Below are positions 45,541 to 55,158 of a DNA stretch of 64,000 nt, in pieces (within the stretch, counting starts at the first letter, position 1; every line of letters begins with the position of its first letter). The notes below the pieces were generated by a model. That model was not told the origin of the DNA, searched no databases, and saw only the letters and a program-made list of their open reading frames with translations. The position numbers and the translations under genes were made by a program. The stretch is from NCBI GenBank assembly GCA_963782525.1, contig CAWAKC010000009.1, positions 96,001 to 160,000 of the forward strand, written 5' to 3'. The DNA is from Candidatus Bathyarchaeota archaeon. GTDB taxonomy: Archaea; Thermoproteota; Bathyarchaeia; Bathyarchaeales; Bathycorpusculaceae.

Positions 45541-47313
45541 ATGGATTACGCTATAATCGCCGATGCATACGAAAAAATCGAAGCAACCACCAAACGCTTA
45601 GAAATGACAGATTTGCTGGTTGAACTCCTAAACAAAACACCTAAAGACATCATTTCCAAGGTTGTATATCTAACGCAGGGCAAATTGTATCCTGATTTCA
45701 TGGGCGTGGAGATGGGAGTTGCCGAGAAACTCGCCATAAAAGCTTTATCTCGTGCTTCTGGACAAAGTGAAGGTGTAATCCAGTCAGAGCTACAGAAGAG
45801 CGGCGACATCGGCGAAACATCACAAAAACAATTAGAAAAACGCAAACAATCTACCTTCTTCACCAAAAAACTCACCGCCGAACGCGTCTACGAAACACTC
45901 GACAAACTCGCCAAAACCTCAGGCTCAGGAGCAGTGGATACGAAGATGGCGCTTCTCTGCGGCTTATTAACTGACGCCTCGCCCAAAGAAGCCAAATGGA
46001 TAATACGCACCGTCACAAGTAACTTGCGTTTGGGCGTTGCGGACATGACGGTTCTAGATGCTTTGGCTATAGCTTATGGCGGCGGAAAAGAGACACGCGA
46101 ATTCATCGAACGCGCCTACAACATCTCCTCGGACCTGGGCAGAGTCGCTAGCATCGTAGCCGAGAGGGGCATAGGAGGCATCAAAGAGTTCCAAGTAGTG
46201 GTTTTTGAACCTATAAGACCCATGTTAGCTGAGCGTTTGGGTGCACCAGAAGAGATTTTAGAGAAGTTCGGAGGCAAATGCGTAGCAGAATACAAGTACG
46301 ATGGCGAGCGTATACAAGCGCACAAAAAAGATGACAAAGTTATTTTGTTTTCCAGGCGATTGGAGAACATTTCTGATCAGTATCCCGACGCCTTGGACTT
46401 AATTAAAGAAAAAATCGATGCAAAAGAAGCAATTTTAGAAGCTGAATGCGTCGCGATGGATTTGGAAACTGGCGATATGCGCCCTTTTCAGGAATTGATG
46501 CATCGCAGACGCAAGTACGGTGTGGAAGCAGCCATCAAGGATTATCCGATTTCCCTTTTCGCCTTCGACGCACTATTCGTTGACGGCAAAGATTTAACCC
46601 AAGAGCCATTCCCAAAGAGACGCAAAACCCTCGAAAAAATTATTGCTCAAACTGACCGCATAAAACCAGCCACACAAAAACTTGTAAAAAACCCCAAGGA
46701 ACTAGAAGATTTCTTCGAGCAAGCCATAGCTGAAGGCTGCGAAGGATTAATGTGCAAATCAGTCGCCAAAGACTCCGTTTACCAAGCTGGAAGCCGCGGC
46801 TGGCTCTGGATAAAGTACAAACGCGACTACAAGAGCGAAATGAAAGACACCGTGGACCTTGTAGTTGTCGGCGCTCTTCATGGAAGAGGAAAACGCGTAG
46901 GAACTTACGGCGCACTACTCTTAGCCACCTACAACGATGAAAACGACACCTTTGAAACAGTAACCAAATGCGGCACCGGATTCACCGACAAAGATTTGGC
47001 AAAACTCTACGAAATGCTCCAGAAACATATAATTCCCCGCAAAAACAGCCGCGTGTATTCGATGCTGGAGGCAGATGTTTGGTTTGAACCATCGGAGGTT
47101 TTGGAGATTTTAGGTGCCGAAGTCACGTTAAGCCCCATCCATATGACCGCCATGAACTCCATCCGCAAAGGCGCAGGGTTAGCCATCCGTTTCCCACGCT
47201 TCACAGGCAAATACCGAACCGACAAAGCCCCAGAAGATGCAACTACCTCCAAAGAAATCGTGGAAATGTACCGTGCGCAACTAAAGAAAATCGGTGAAGA
47301 GCCAAAAAGCTAA
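45541..47313 (+). CDS. lig: ATP-dependent DNA ligase
   Basis: EYKYDGER, EGLMCK, WIKYKRDY, DLVVVG, RFPRF; start MDYAII at 45541. Confidence 0.97.
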   Translation: MDYAIIADAYEKIEATTKRLEMTDLLVELLNKTPKDIISKVVYLTQGKLYPDFMGVEMGVAEKLAIKALSRASGQSEGVIQSELQKSGDIGETSQKQLEKRKQSTFFTKKLTAERVYETLDKLAKTSGSGAVDTKMALLCGLLTDASPKEAKWIIRTVTSNLRLGVADMTVLDALAIAYGGGKETREFIERAYNISSDLGRVASIVAERGIGGIKEFQVVVFEPIRPMLAERLGAPEEILEKFGGKCVAEYKYDGERIQAHKKDDKVILFSRRLENISDQYPDALDLIKEKIDAKEAILEAECVAMDLETGDMRPFQELMHRRRKYGVEAAIKDYPISLFAFDALFVDGKDLTQEPFPKRRKTLEKIIAQTDRIKPATQKLVKNPKELEDFFEQAIAEGCEGLMCKSVAKDSVYQAGSRGWLWIKYKRDYKSEMKDTVDLVVVGALHGRGKRVGTYGALLLATYNDENDTFETVTKCGTGFTDKDLAKLYEMLQKHIIPRKNSRVYSMLEADVWFEPSEVLEILGAEVTLSPIHMTAMNSIRKGAGLAIRFPRFTGKYRTDKAPEDATTSKEIVEMYRAQLKKIGEEPKS

Positions 47314-47359
47314 AACTGATAAGTCTCCTGTACCTAAGTAGTTGCGAGTGCTGATTGCT

Positions 47360-47977
47360 ATGTCGCTTGACCCAGAAAAAATGAAAACGATGATTGCCTT
47401 CAAAAAAAGGCTTGAAGATCAACTTGAAAAATTAACTGCTGAAACTAAAGAAGTCCAAGCAACCTTAGACACTGTTAACCAGATTTTGCTCGAGAAAGGG
47501 TTCAAACGTGGAGATATAAAAGAAGTCACCGCCACCCCGCCGATACCTAAAGAAGTTGTTTTACCCAAACAAGAACCTGAACCTCCAAAAGCTCCGCTGA
47601 CACAGCAACACACGGAACCCGAAAGCGTCATACCTCTAAAAACTATGTCGGATGAACCCTTAGCACTCATGTACTTTGACAAACAAACCATCCACGTTTA
47701 TCCTGATGAAACAAAAAACTTCACCGTCAACACGCCCCCTTTTACTAATTTTCTCGTTGAGAAAGTGTTCGCTAAGATGCAGGAAAAAGACAAGGAACTC
47801 GTGCGGCTTGGGCAGTTGACAGCTGAAAAAATGTTCTCCTACAACATCGTCCGTGAAGACGACCAAATCCGCGAAATAATAATCAAAAACGTCGATGACG
47901 AGCGCCTGAAAGAGTTGAAGTCGAGCATCCGCTGGACTTTCGAGAAAATGTTTGAAAAAATGAAAAGTAGCCTATAA
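47360..47977 (+). CDS. Conserved hypothetical protein (N-terminal coiled coil, Pro linker)
   Basis: Follows lig in the same direction; PPF..FLVEKV, RLKELKSSIRWT segments. Confidence 0.75.
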   Translation: MSLDPEKMKTMIAFKKRLEDQLEKLTAETKEVQATLDTVNQILLEKGFKRGDIKEVTATPPIPKEVVLPKQEPEPPKAPLTQQHTEPESVIPLKTMSDEPLALMYFDKQTIHVYPDETKNFTVNTPPFTNFLVEKVFAKMQEKDKELVRLGQLTAEKMFSYNIVREDDQIREIIIKNVDDERLKELKSSIRWTFEKMFEKMKSSL

Positions 47978-47980
47978 AAG

Positions 47981-48307
47981 CTACATTGAATGCTTGTTTA
48001 GGCTTTCAGTTATTCGGTTTTTGGGGCATAAACCAACGAGTCGCTCTGCTTCTTTGCCATCTTTGAAGACTATCATGGTTGGAATGCTTTGGACACCGAA
48101 TTTTTCTGCAGTTGCTGGATTCTCATCAACATCTAGTTTGCCGATGACAAATTTTCCGCTGAATTCCTTTGCTAATTCCACGATGGTTGGAGCTAAAGCG
48201 CGGCATGGACCACACCAACTAGCCCAGAAATCCACAAAAACCAGCTTGTTTTTCTTGATTGTTTCTTCAAAGTTTGCGTCAGTTACATGAAAAGGTTCAG
48301 TACTCAT
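47981..48307 (-). CDS. trxA: Thioredoxin
   Basis: VDFWASWCGPCR, SIPTM; start MSTEPF at 48307. Confidence 0.95.
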   Translation of the reverse strand: MSTEPFHVTDANFEETIKKNKLVFVDFWASWCGPCRALAPTIVELAKEFSGKFVIGKLDVDENPATAEKFGVQSIPTMIVFKDGKEAERLVGLCPKNRITESLNKHSM

Positions 48308-48575
48308 GTATAATTTCTCCTGATAATAAATTAAAATTAATGATTTGTTTGATATAAAGTGTTCGTGGGCAAAAAAGCCTCTTTTCTGTTTTACTGGTTT
48401 TAGTTGTTTGGCTGTTCGGCGGTTAAGTTGCAACAGAATAACTAGGGCTCATAGCTGGAACACCAGATAATTGAATGTTGAAAAACTAAAAAACCAAAAT
48501 GAACAAACAATAGTGATTCAGATTATTCTTTAACCAACTTAAACAAAAGAAAAAAGATTAGGAGGTTAGGCAAAA

Positions 48576-48944
48576 TTATTCTATATTCCATCTTTTGACA
48601 ACTTTTACCGCTAGGAATGCAAGTAATGCAACGATAAGGAATGTGATCAAAGCTACAAGGAAGTCGCCGACTGCAAATACACCCACACTCGTAGTTGCTA
48701 GGTTGTTCATGCCTGGAATTGCTAAGCCTATTGCTGGTAGCAGTAAATCTTTGACTAACGCTTGAACTAACGTACCCAAGTACAAGGCGATAATGAAGGC
48801 AATTGCAAGCCCGAAAATCTTGTATTTAGACAGAAAATCCTTGAACTCATTCCACAAACCCTTCGGCGGCTCTGGTGGCGGCGCTTTCTCGACAGCTTCT
48901 CTAATTTTCCGCAGTTCAACTAACATTTCGTCTTCTTTACTCAA
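48576..48944 (-). CDS. mscL: MscL-family mechanosensitive channel
   Basis: EFKDFL.KY.IFGLAIAFII, LVKDLLLP, GDFL.ALITFLIVA. Confidence 0.85.
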   Translation of the reverse strand: MSKEDEMLVELRKIREAVEKAPPPEPPKGLWNEFKDFLSKYKIFGLAIAFIIALYLGTLVQALVKDLLLPAIGLAIPGMNNLATTSVGVFAVGDFLVALITFLIVALLAFLAVKVVKRWNIE

Positions 48945-49113
48945 TCAAAAAACCTCTAACTATACACTAGTTGCTGAGTTTAAAAAATTACCGCTCCGAA
49001 GCACTTTTGACTTGTGATTGCCCGCTTACTCCCACAAAAACATATACCCAACTTAAAGATTGAGAACTTGATCCACAAGCACCCTACTTGTAAACAAAAA
49101 TAGGTTCCATGTT

Positions 49114-50109
49114 ATGAATCGGAAGGATCTTTACGTGCTTTTTAAAACCTCCTTTCGGGATTGGCTAAATGATAAAGCCACCCTAAGAGCAGCCGCACTC
49201 ACTTTTTTCATAATCCTACCCTTGCCAACTCTGCTTCTAGTCGTTATAGATATTTTTGCTCAGTTTTTCGGCCAAAGTCAAGCAATCCAAATGCTAATAT
49301 CACAAATAACCGCGGTCGTGGGACCTACCATGGCAGAATTATTTAGACAATTGATTACAAATGCAGGCTCACCATTTACTTCCGTTTGGACCGCAATCGT
49401 TGTAGTGGGCTTTTCAATTGGCGGAGCAATTGGCGCATTTTCAGTTTTAAGGGACGCTATGGATTGTATTTGGGAAGTGAAAGTGCCCGAGAAGTGGCCG
49501 TTATGGAAAAGGGTTAGGCAGACTATCGGTCCCTTTGTTCTTGTATCCGCACTTGGCTTAATTGTCATAGTGTGGACGGCGATAGCGAGCAGTTTGTTTA
49601 GTTTGATAAGGTTATATTCAATAAATGGGGCTTTAACCGTAATTGCGATTGCCATAGCTCAAGTAGTGTTATCGTTCGGTGTTGCAACGTTGCTTTTAGC
49701 ATTAATCTATAAGATGATTCCAGAGGCAAAAGTTCACTGGCGAGATGTAATCGTCGCGGCAATAGTAACCGGGACGGCATTTACGGTGACAAACTATATT
49801 TTTGGAACGTACATCCAAACCTTCACCGTGACTACCGTAATCGGAACTGGCGGCACATTAGTAATTATTTTGCTTTGGATTTTTGTTTTAAACCAAATTG
49901 TGCTCTTCGGAGCTGAACTCTCAAAAGTTTACGCTACAACTGTAGGAGAACACGCAAAACAACATTTGCCCGAGTCTTTAGAAAGGTTAGTTGTACCTTT
50001 AGAGAAAGCAGGCGAAATTATTGAGCAAGCATCGAAGGATGAGTTTGAAACTGAGCAAACAGCGAATGGGAAGGAACAATCGAGAAGGGAAAAATCCTCT
50101 GACAGCTAA
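49114..50109 (+). CDS. YihY/virulence factor BrkB family membrane protein
   Basis: W..D....AAALTFF, LRDAMDCIW, IYKMIP, LLWIF....IVLFGAEL. Confidence 0.92.
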   Translation: MNRKDLYVLFKTSFRDWLNDKATLRAAALTFFIILPLPTLLLVVIDIFAQFFGQSQAIQMLISQITAVVGPTMAELFRQLITNAGSPFTSVWTAIVVVGFSIGGAIGAFSVLRDAMDCIWEVKVPEKWPLWKRVRQTIGPFVLVSALGLIVIVWTAIASSLFSLIRLYSINGALTVIAIAIAQVVLSFGVATLLLALIYKMIPEAKVHWRDVIVAAIVTGTAFTVTNYIFGTYIQTFTVTTVIGTGGTLVIILLWIFVLNQIVLFGAELSKVYATTVGEHAKQHLPESLERLVVPLEKAGEIIEQASKDEFETEQTANGKEQSRREKSSDS

Positions 50110-50195
50110 ATCCTGGGTTCAATAGTGAGTGCGTTTTATTTTTGACACACTAGTCGTTAATACGGATTTTAGGCTACTTGTAAAACGGATTAGGT

Positions 50196-50543
50196 ATGAG
50201 ACGCTCCAAACTAGAAATGTATGTTGACATCCTGAGGGTTTTAGCCCACAAAGGTCCTTTACAGATATCGCTTCTCATGTGCGAGGCTAAAGTTAACTGC
50301 AATGGTCTAGAGGAGCATTTGGGTTTTCTTATCAAGCAGGGTTTGGTCGCAGAAATTGAGGTGGGCAAAAACAGTGTTGTCTATGCAAACACGGATCGGG
50401 GGACGTCGGTTATCAGGTTTTTTGGGCAGTTGGACAAGTCGCTTCCTGCGAAACAAGAAACAGATTCTTGCACGTTTAAGATTGAAAACGGAAACCAGGG
50501 AGAATTAGTCGATTCGGAAAATTCCTGTTCCGCTAAATATTGA
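50196..50543 (+). CDS. Winged-helix protein (HTH_45-like)
   Basis: MRRSKLEMYVDIL, L..LIKQGLV, YANTDRG. Confidence 0.85.
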   Translation: MRRSKLEMYVDILRVLAHKGPLQISLLMCEAKVNCNGLEEHLGFLIKQGLVAEIEVGKNSVVYANTDRGTSVIRFFGQLDKSLPAKQETDSCTFKIENGNQGELVDSENSCSAKY

Positions 50544-50822
50544 GTCGTCCTCTAAACCAAAATAAGCGCAGAGTCTTTGTCCCTTTTCAGTTAAAGAATA
50601 AACCACTTTTGACCCCGAGGTTTTTTTGCGGACTATCTCCAATTTGACCAGAAAATCGAAGAATTCTTTTGTTGGGAGGGCGGGGATGCCTGCTTTGCGC
50701 ATTATTTGTTGCTGCGCCATTGAATCCGCATTCTCTAAGACCTTGATTACGGCGAGGTACATCTCCATTCTGGAAAGTCCCAAATTGCATCGTCCTTTCA
50801 GGAGAAAAATGAAACCTTTCAA
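50505..50822 (-). CDS. Winged-helix protein (HTH_45-like), convergent with the previous gene
   Basis: LSRMEMYLAVI, IMRKAG, YSLTEKG; true start likely ~50783. Confidence 0.75.
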   Translation of the reverse strand: MKGFIFLLKGRCNLGLSRMEMYLAVIKVLENADSMAQQQIMRKAGIPALPTKEFFDFLVKLEIVRKKTSGSKVVYSLTEKGQRLCAYFGLEDDSIFSGTGIFRID

Positions 50823-51022
50823 CTATTAAGCCTTTCGACTTAAGACAGTTTTCATGAAAGAGAAAAACTAACATTTTTCAACAAAAACCGAAATAATGAC
50901 AAAAAAAATCTTTTAAGCCACGGATAAACAACGCAACTTCATTGCAAACTCGCTCAACACCAAAAAGGGGTTCAAAGAAGGTTTAAGAGAGTCTGCAGCC
51001 AAATCTAAATTGGTAAAATTTT

Positions 51023-51790
51023 ATGCAGAAAAGTTTGTTTTCAACATTCATAATTTTATTTGTCCTACTTACTGGTTCTTTGAGTGCGGCTTTCGGCGAA
51101 ATGATGCCCACAGTCGGTGTAGCCAACGGCGACTTTTTTCGATACAATTATACATGCTACTTTAACTCAAATAACCCTCACGTAGTTCCATCAGCATCGT
51201 TTTCTGCCATAAACCAAACCGATTATTTCATGGTTAATGTAACAGATGTTTCCGGCGCCTCGGTGAATTTTGAAACGATGCTCCGAGGGTTGAATGGATC
51301 CAGCAGCATTGGAGTCTGCAACATGAACGTAGGAACTGGGATAACATCATTCTCCGGTTATGCAGGGTCCGTTTCCACAAATAATTTCTACTTCATGGCA
51401 AGAGGCGTTGGCATGATGGGCAGAATGTTCCCTTCATCCACTTCGAGTCCAACCATAAACGATACTTTTCTGATGCCTTATGCAAGTGATTCACGATTAA
51501 CCAATCATTTTGAAACGAACGATAACAACACCTTAATCGGCGTTTATAACAATTTAGACATCTATTACGACCAAGCAACAGGCATGATGGTACAGTGGCG
51601 CCAAGAAACCATCCAGACAAGCGGTACCACTCAGACTAACAGTACCCAAATGATGAACATAGCTTCATCCAATGTGTGGGTAATCCCAGAGTTTCCAACT
51701 GTTTTTGTTTCAGCTTTGGTTGCTGTCGGAGTAGCCTCAACACTTGGAGCAATTGGAATAGCCAAATACAGAAGACACTTGTTTCCCTAG
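51023..51790 (+). CDS. Secreted protein with PEF-CTERM-type sorting signal
   Basis: Signal peptide, VGV..GD.F.Y, YYDQATG, then VIPEFP + TM + KYRRH. Confidence 0.8.
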   Translation: MQKSLFSTFIILFVLLTGSLSAAFGEMMPTVGVANGDFFRYNYTCYFNSNNPHVVPSASFSAINQTDYFMVNVTDVSGASVNFETMLRGLNGSSSIGVCNMNVGTGITSFSGYAGSVSTNNFYFMARGVGMMGRMFPSSTSSPTINDTFLMPYASDSRLTNHFETNDNNTLIGVYNNLDIYYDQATGMMVQWRQETIQTSGTTQTNSTQMMNIASSNVWVIPEFPTVFVSALVAVGVASTLGAIGIAKYRRHLFP

Positions 51791-51803
51791 ATGAAGTAAG
51801 GGA

Positions 51804-52142
51804 TTATTTTTTCCCGAAAGTTTGCGGGTCAATCTGCCTGCGATTGCCATCCTTATCAACCACGTACATGTGGAAATCGTATTCGTTGCAGTAATTCTTG
51901 AATCCCAAGTACCTTTGCAGGTTACCTTCAAACATTTCGGGAGTTGCAATTTCGCAAATTCTGGTTACGCAGCCCTTTTTTTCTGCTTGAACATCGGGGA
52001 GGTAACCTTTGGCAATTTCGGATGGTTTCTCGTAACCTTCCACATCCGCTTTCACTAGCCAGTTATCACGTTTCAATTCTTCAGCCACTGCTCTAACGCA
52101 AGCGTCATGATTCTCTTGGGATCTAATTTTTTTCTCAGACAC
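51804..52142 (-). CDS. Small PD-(D/E)xK-fold-like protein
   Basis: H...V..VAEELK, YLPDVQAEK, ICEIAT. Confidence 0.55.
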   Translation of the reverse strand: MSEKKIRSQENHDACVRAVAEELKRDNWLVKADVEGYEKPSEIAKGYLPDVQAEKKGCVTRICEIATPEMFEGNLQRYLGFKNYCNEYDFHMYVVDKDGNRRQIDPQTFGKK

Positions 52143-52208
52143 AAACAGTTCTCCTTGATTTACATATAACCCTGACAGTTAATTCAAATATCAATTTTAA
52201 GTTTGAGG

Positions 52209-52367
52209 CTAATTATGACTGCTGGCTACTTCAAAAATTTGCTCAATCAAATCTTGTTCGTCAGCGCCTTTATGGTGGGTTAAGTGATTTTTCAAAGCTC
52301 TAGACATAGCTGCTACGTCAGGAACCACCAGGATTTTTGCTCCGCAAGTGCAAACAGTTAACGGCAT
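52209..52367 (-). CDS. Small CxC...H...H zinc-binding protein (possibly extended to an ATC start at 52445)
   Basis: Uncalled; MPLTVCTCGAKILVVPDVAAMSRALKNHLTHHKGADEQDLIEQIFEVASSHN. Confidence 0.7.
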   Translation of the reverse strand: MPLTVCTCGAKILVVPDVAAMSRALKNHLTHHKGADEQDLIEQIFEVASSHN

Positions 52368-52585
52368 GTTTTGGATTGGCAGCCGTTCATCTTTTTTGTA
52401 GGCTTCCTGGTTGATTTTTAGTTTGACGGTTTGATGTTTTTTGATAGAAAAAACCTCCTTGAATACTACACAGGACCCTGTAGGTTAACTTATTATATCT
52501 TACTTGAACCGACATAAGGGTATGTGGTAGGCTTAAAGCAACCACAATGGAAAACAGCAATACTCAAAATGCGAATGGGTAGGGA

Positions 52586-52663
52586 TGGTGGGCCGAGGCG
52601 GATTTGAACTGCCGACCTTTCGATTATCAGTCGAACGCTCCAGCCAAGCTGAGCTACCGGCCC
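52586..52663 (-). tRNA. tRNA-Ile(GAU), CCA encoded; A52-C62 mismatch in the T-stem
   Basis: GGGCCGG/TCGGCCC acceptor, TTCGA-CTGATAA-TCGAA anticodon arm, GGCAG-TTCAAAT-CCGCC. Confidence 0.95.
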
Positions 52664-52764
52664 CCATTTGACGCGTCACCAATTTAATATTATGTGGTTT
52701 TATAAGCATTGCCGTAAATCTTTTAATGCAACTCCATTATTGAAGTGTTAGGCTAGTATTGTTT

Positions 52765-52840
52765 GGGTTCGTAGCCTAGCACGGATTAAGGTGTCGGCCT
52801 TCGGAGCCGGAGATCGAGGGTTCAAATCCCTCCGGACCCG
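52765..52840 (+). tRNA. tRNA-Arg(UCG)
   Basis: GGGTTCG/CGGACCC acceptor, anticodon loop CTTCGGA, GAGGG-TTCAAAT-CCCTC; divergent from tRNA-Ile. Confidence 0.95.
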
Positions 52841-52952
52841 CTTTGCTGCCTTTTCAACAAGAAAAAGGAAACCGACAGTATATTGTTGTCATAACAAATC
52901 TTAAATCTCCCCCTATATGCATAAGAAAGAACAAAAATCAGGGGAGATATGA

Positions 52953-53903
52953 ATGGTAGATCCAATCTTAATCTTAGCAATAGTGGTTCCATTAGTAGTA
53001 ATTGCATATGCAGTTGTTTCGTCTCTGCGAATTGTTAGACCAACTGAAAAAGGGTTAGTTGAAAGGTTCGGCAAATACCACCGGTTCGTTGAAGGCGGCA
53101 TAACCTTACTGGTGCCCTTCGTGGACCGCATCATCAAAGTCAACGTAACCGAACGCATGACGCCTGTGCAGCGTCAAGACGTCATTACCAAAGACAAGGT
53201 CTTCATGGGAGTCGACGCCGTGGTCTTCTACCGAATCAAACAGGATGAACAGTCAGTAAAAGCCTCACAGTACGCCGTAGCAAGCTTTGCTGCTCAAATC
53301 GATACGCTTGCCAGAACAGTCCTAAGAGACATCATCGGCGGCATGGACATGGCTATAGCAAACACATCCCGACCCATCATTAACGCGAGCCTCAAAAATG
53401 CTTTAGATGAGCAGACAGAGAAATGGGGCATAGAGATCGTGCGAGCAGAAATCAAAGATCTTGAGCCCCCACGTGAACTCATCGTTTCCATGGAATCGGT
53501 TCTTAAAGCGGACAACGAACGCCAAGCTGCAGAGAAAACCGCCATTGCCCAAGCAACCTTAGCCAGCGGACAGAAAAACGCCGCGATCCAAGTTGCAGAA
53601 GGACAAAAACAAGCAGCGATTCTTCAAGCTGAAGGACAAAAAACCGCTACAATCGCCATCGCTGAAGGAGACGCCCAAGCCACCCGTCTTAGAAACGAGG
53701 CATTAACCACGTACTTCAAGGACAGCGCCGTCACCTTCAAACAATTAGACACTATTACAGCATCACTTCAGAACAACACCAAGATAATCGTTCCAGAAGG
53801 CAAAGCAATTTCCTTAATCCTCAACGAGCAAGAAAACCTATCCAAAGCAACGATAATTCCAATTCCGCCGCAGCCAACACAGAAAAGCAGCAAACAAATG
53901 TAA
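52953..53903 (+). CDS. SPFH/band 7 (QmcA/stomatin-like) protein
   Basis: GLVERFGKY, QDVITKD, VDAVVFY, WGIEI.R.EIKDLEPP, AEG repeats. Confidence 0.93.
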   Translation: MVDPILILAIVVPLVVIAYAVVSSLRIVRPTEKGLVERFGKYHRFVEGGITLLVPFVDRIIKVNVTERMTPVQRQDVITKDKVFMGVDAVVFYRIKQDEQSVKASQYAVASFAAQIDTLARTVLRDIIGGMDMAIANTSRPIINASLKNALDEQTEKWGIEIVRAEIKDLEPPRELIVSMESVLKADNERQAAEKTAIAQATLASGQKNAAIQVAEGQKQAAILQAEGQKTATIAIAEGDAQATRLRNEALTTYFKDSAVTFKQLDTITASLQNNTKIIVPEGKAISLILNEQENLSKATIIPIPPQPTQKSSKQM

Positions 53904-53932
53904 AATAGGCTCTTATTTGAGCCCTAATTTTT

Positions 53933-54349
53933 TTATTTTTTAACGTAATCTTTTATCATTAAGTTGTGCTCAAAGGCTAATGGCTTTGGCAAATCATTTA
54001 GGTTGAACAGTTTGATTTCCTGGATTTCGCTGTCTTGCTTTTTGATTTCTCCGCTCACAGGTTTGACCACGAAACAAGTTGGATAATACTCGTAGTCAAT
54101 GCCATCCTTGATGCCTTTTTCAACGTACTCGCCAACTTTATCCACAATCTCAACAATAAGTCCTGTTTCCTCCTTGACTTCTCTAACAATGGTTTGTTCG
54201 ATGTTTTCGTCTGGGTCCATTCTGCCGCCAGGTAGCGCCCAGTAGCCTAAGAAAGGGCGAGTGTTTCGTTTTATAAGTAAAATCTGGTTATTGGGAAATG
54301 GGATTATGGCAGTTGATGTTTTACCTGTGTATTTCTTCACACCGATCAA
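53933..54349 (-). CDS. NUDIX hydrolase
   Basis: WALPGG...E.IEQTIVREVKEETGL, LAFEH. Confidence 0.93.
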   Translation of the reverse strand: MIGVKKYTGKTSTAIIPFPNNQILLIKRNTRPFLGYWALPGGRMDPDENIEQTIVREVKEETGLIVEIVDKVGEYVEKGIKDGIDYEYYPTCFVVKPVSGEIKKQDSEIQEIKLFNLNDLPKPLAFEHNLMIKDYVKK

Positions 54350-54351
54350 TC

Positions 54352-55158
54352 CTAAGTTGTAATTTTCAGTCTCCAGTTTATGATTATTGAAACCGCGAAG
54401 ATTATGATTCCTGAGAAAACAACCAGCGGACCTGAGAATGGAATAGCAGAGTTAGGACCAAAAAAGATGCTCCAGATAAGTACCCCCGAGAACCCAGCAA
54501 TGGAACCGAAAACTGCACTTAGCCATGAGTACCTTCGCATATGAGAACTCAAGTTTTTAGCTGCAATCGCAGGAACAATTACGAGGAAGCCTACTAGTAA
54601 TGTTCCAACTATTTGTATACCGATGGCGACCACTATTGAAACAAGGAAAAGATAGAGCAGGTTTACTCTTGCAACCTTTATGCCCTTTGAGATTGCAAGG
54701 TCTTCGGAAATCATCGCCAAAACCAACTTGTCGTAAATTAATTTCGTTAGAACTATCGCCACAACACAAACGGCTCCAGCAATTATCGTGCTAAGTAATG
54801 TGACTTGGGAAATATCGCCGAACAAAGCTGACTCAAGTGCATCCAAATTGTTCCCATAGATCAAAATACCTATTGCCAAGGCAAGAGTAAACATTGCGCC
54901 CACAAGAGCTTCGAAAGAGATTTTTGTTGTTCTTTGAATTTGCCAAATAATTGCTGCCGAAATAAACAAAAAGGCAAAAGCTCCCAAAAAAGGGTTAAAA
55001 TGAAAAGTAATGCCGATGGCTAAACCCGGCAGGGCAACGTGGGATAGAGCATCGCCAACGAGCGCCATCTTCTCCAAAACCATCAGTGACCCCAAGTAGC
55101 CTGTGGCAACGCCGACAAAGATTGAAAGTATTAAGCTGTATAATGCTGAGTCAAGCAT
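54352..55158 (-). CDS. Zn/Mn ABC transporter permease (ZnuB-like)
   Basis: MALVGDALSHVALPG, LFGDI, VGTLLV; start MLDSAL at 55158. Confidence 0.92.
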   Translation of the reverse strand: MLDSALYSLILSIFVGVATGYLGSLMVLEKMALVGDALSHVALPGLAIGITFHFNPFLGAFAFLFISAAIIWQIQRTTKISFEALVGAMFTLALAIGILIYGNNLDALESALFGDISQVTLLSTIIAGAVCVVAIVLTKLIYDKLVLAMISEDLAISKGIKVARVNLLYLFLVSIVVAIGIQIVGTLLVGFLVIVPAIAAKNLSSHMRRYSWLSAVFGSIAGFSGVLIWSIFFGPNSAIPFSGPLVVFSGIIIFAVSIIINWRLKITT

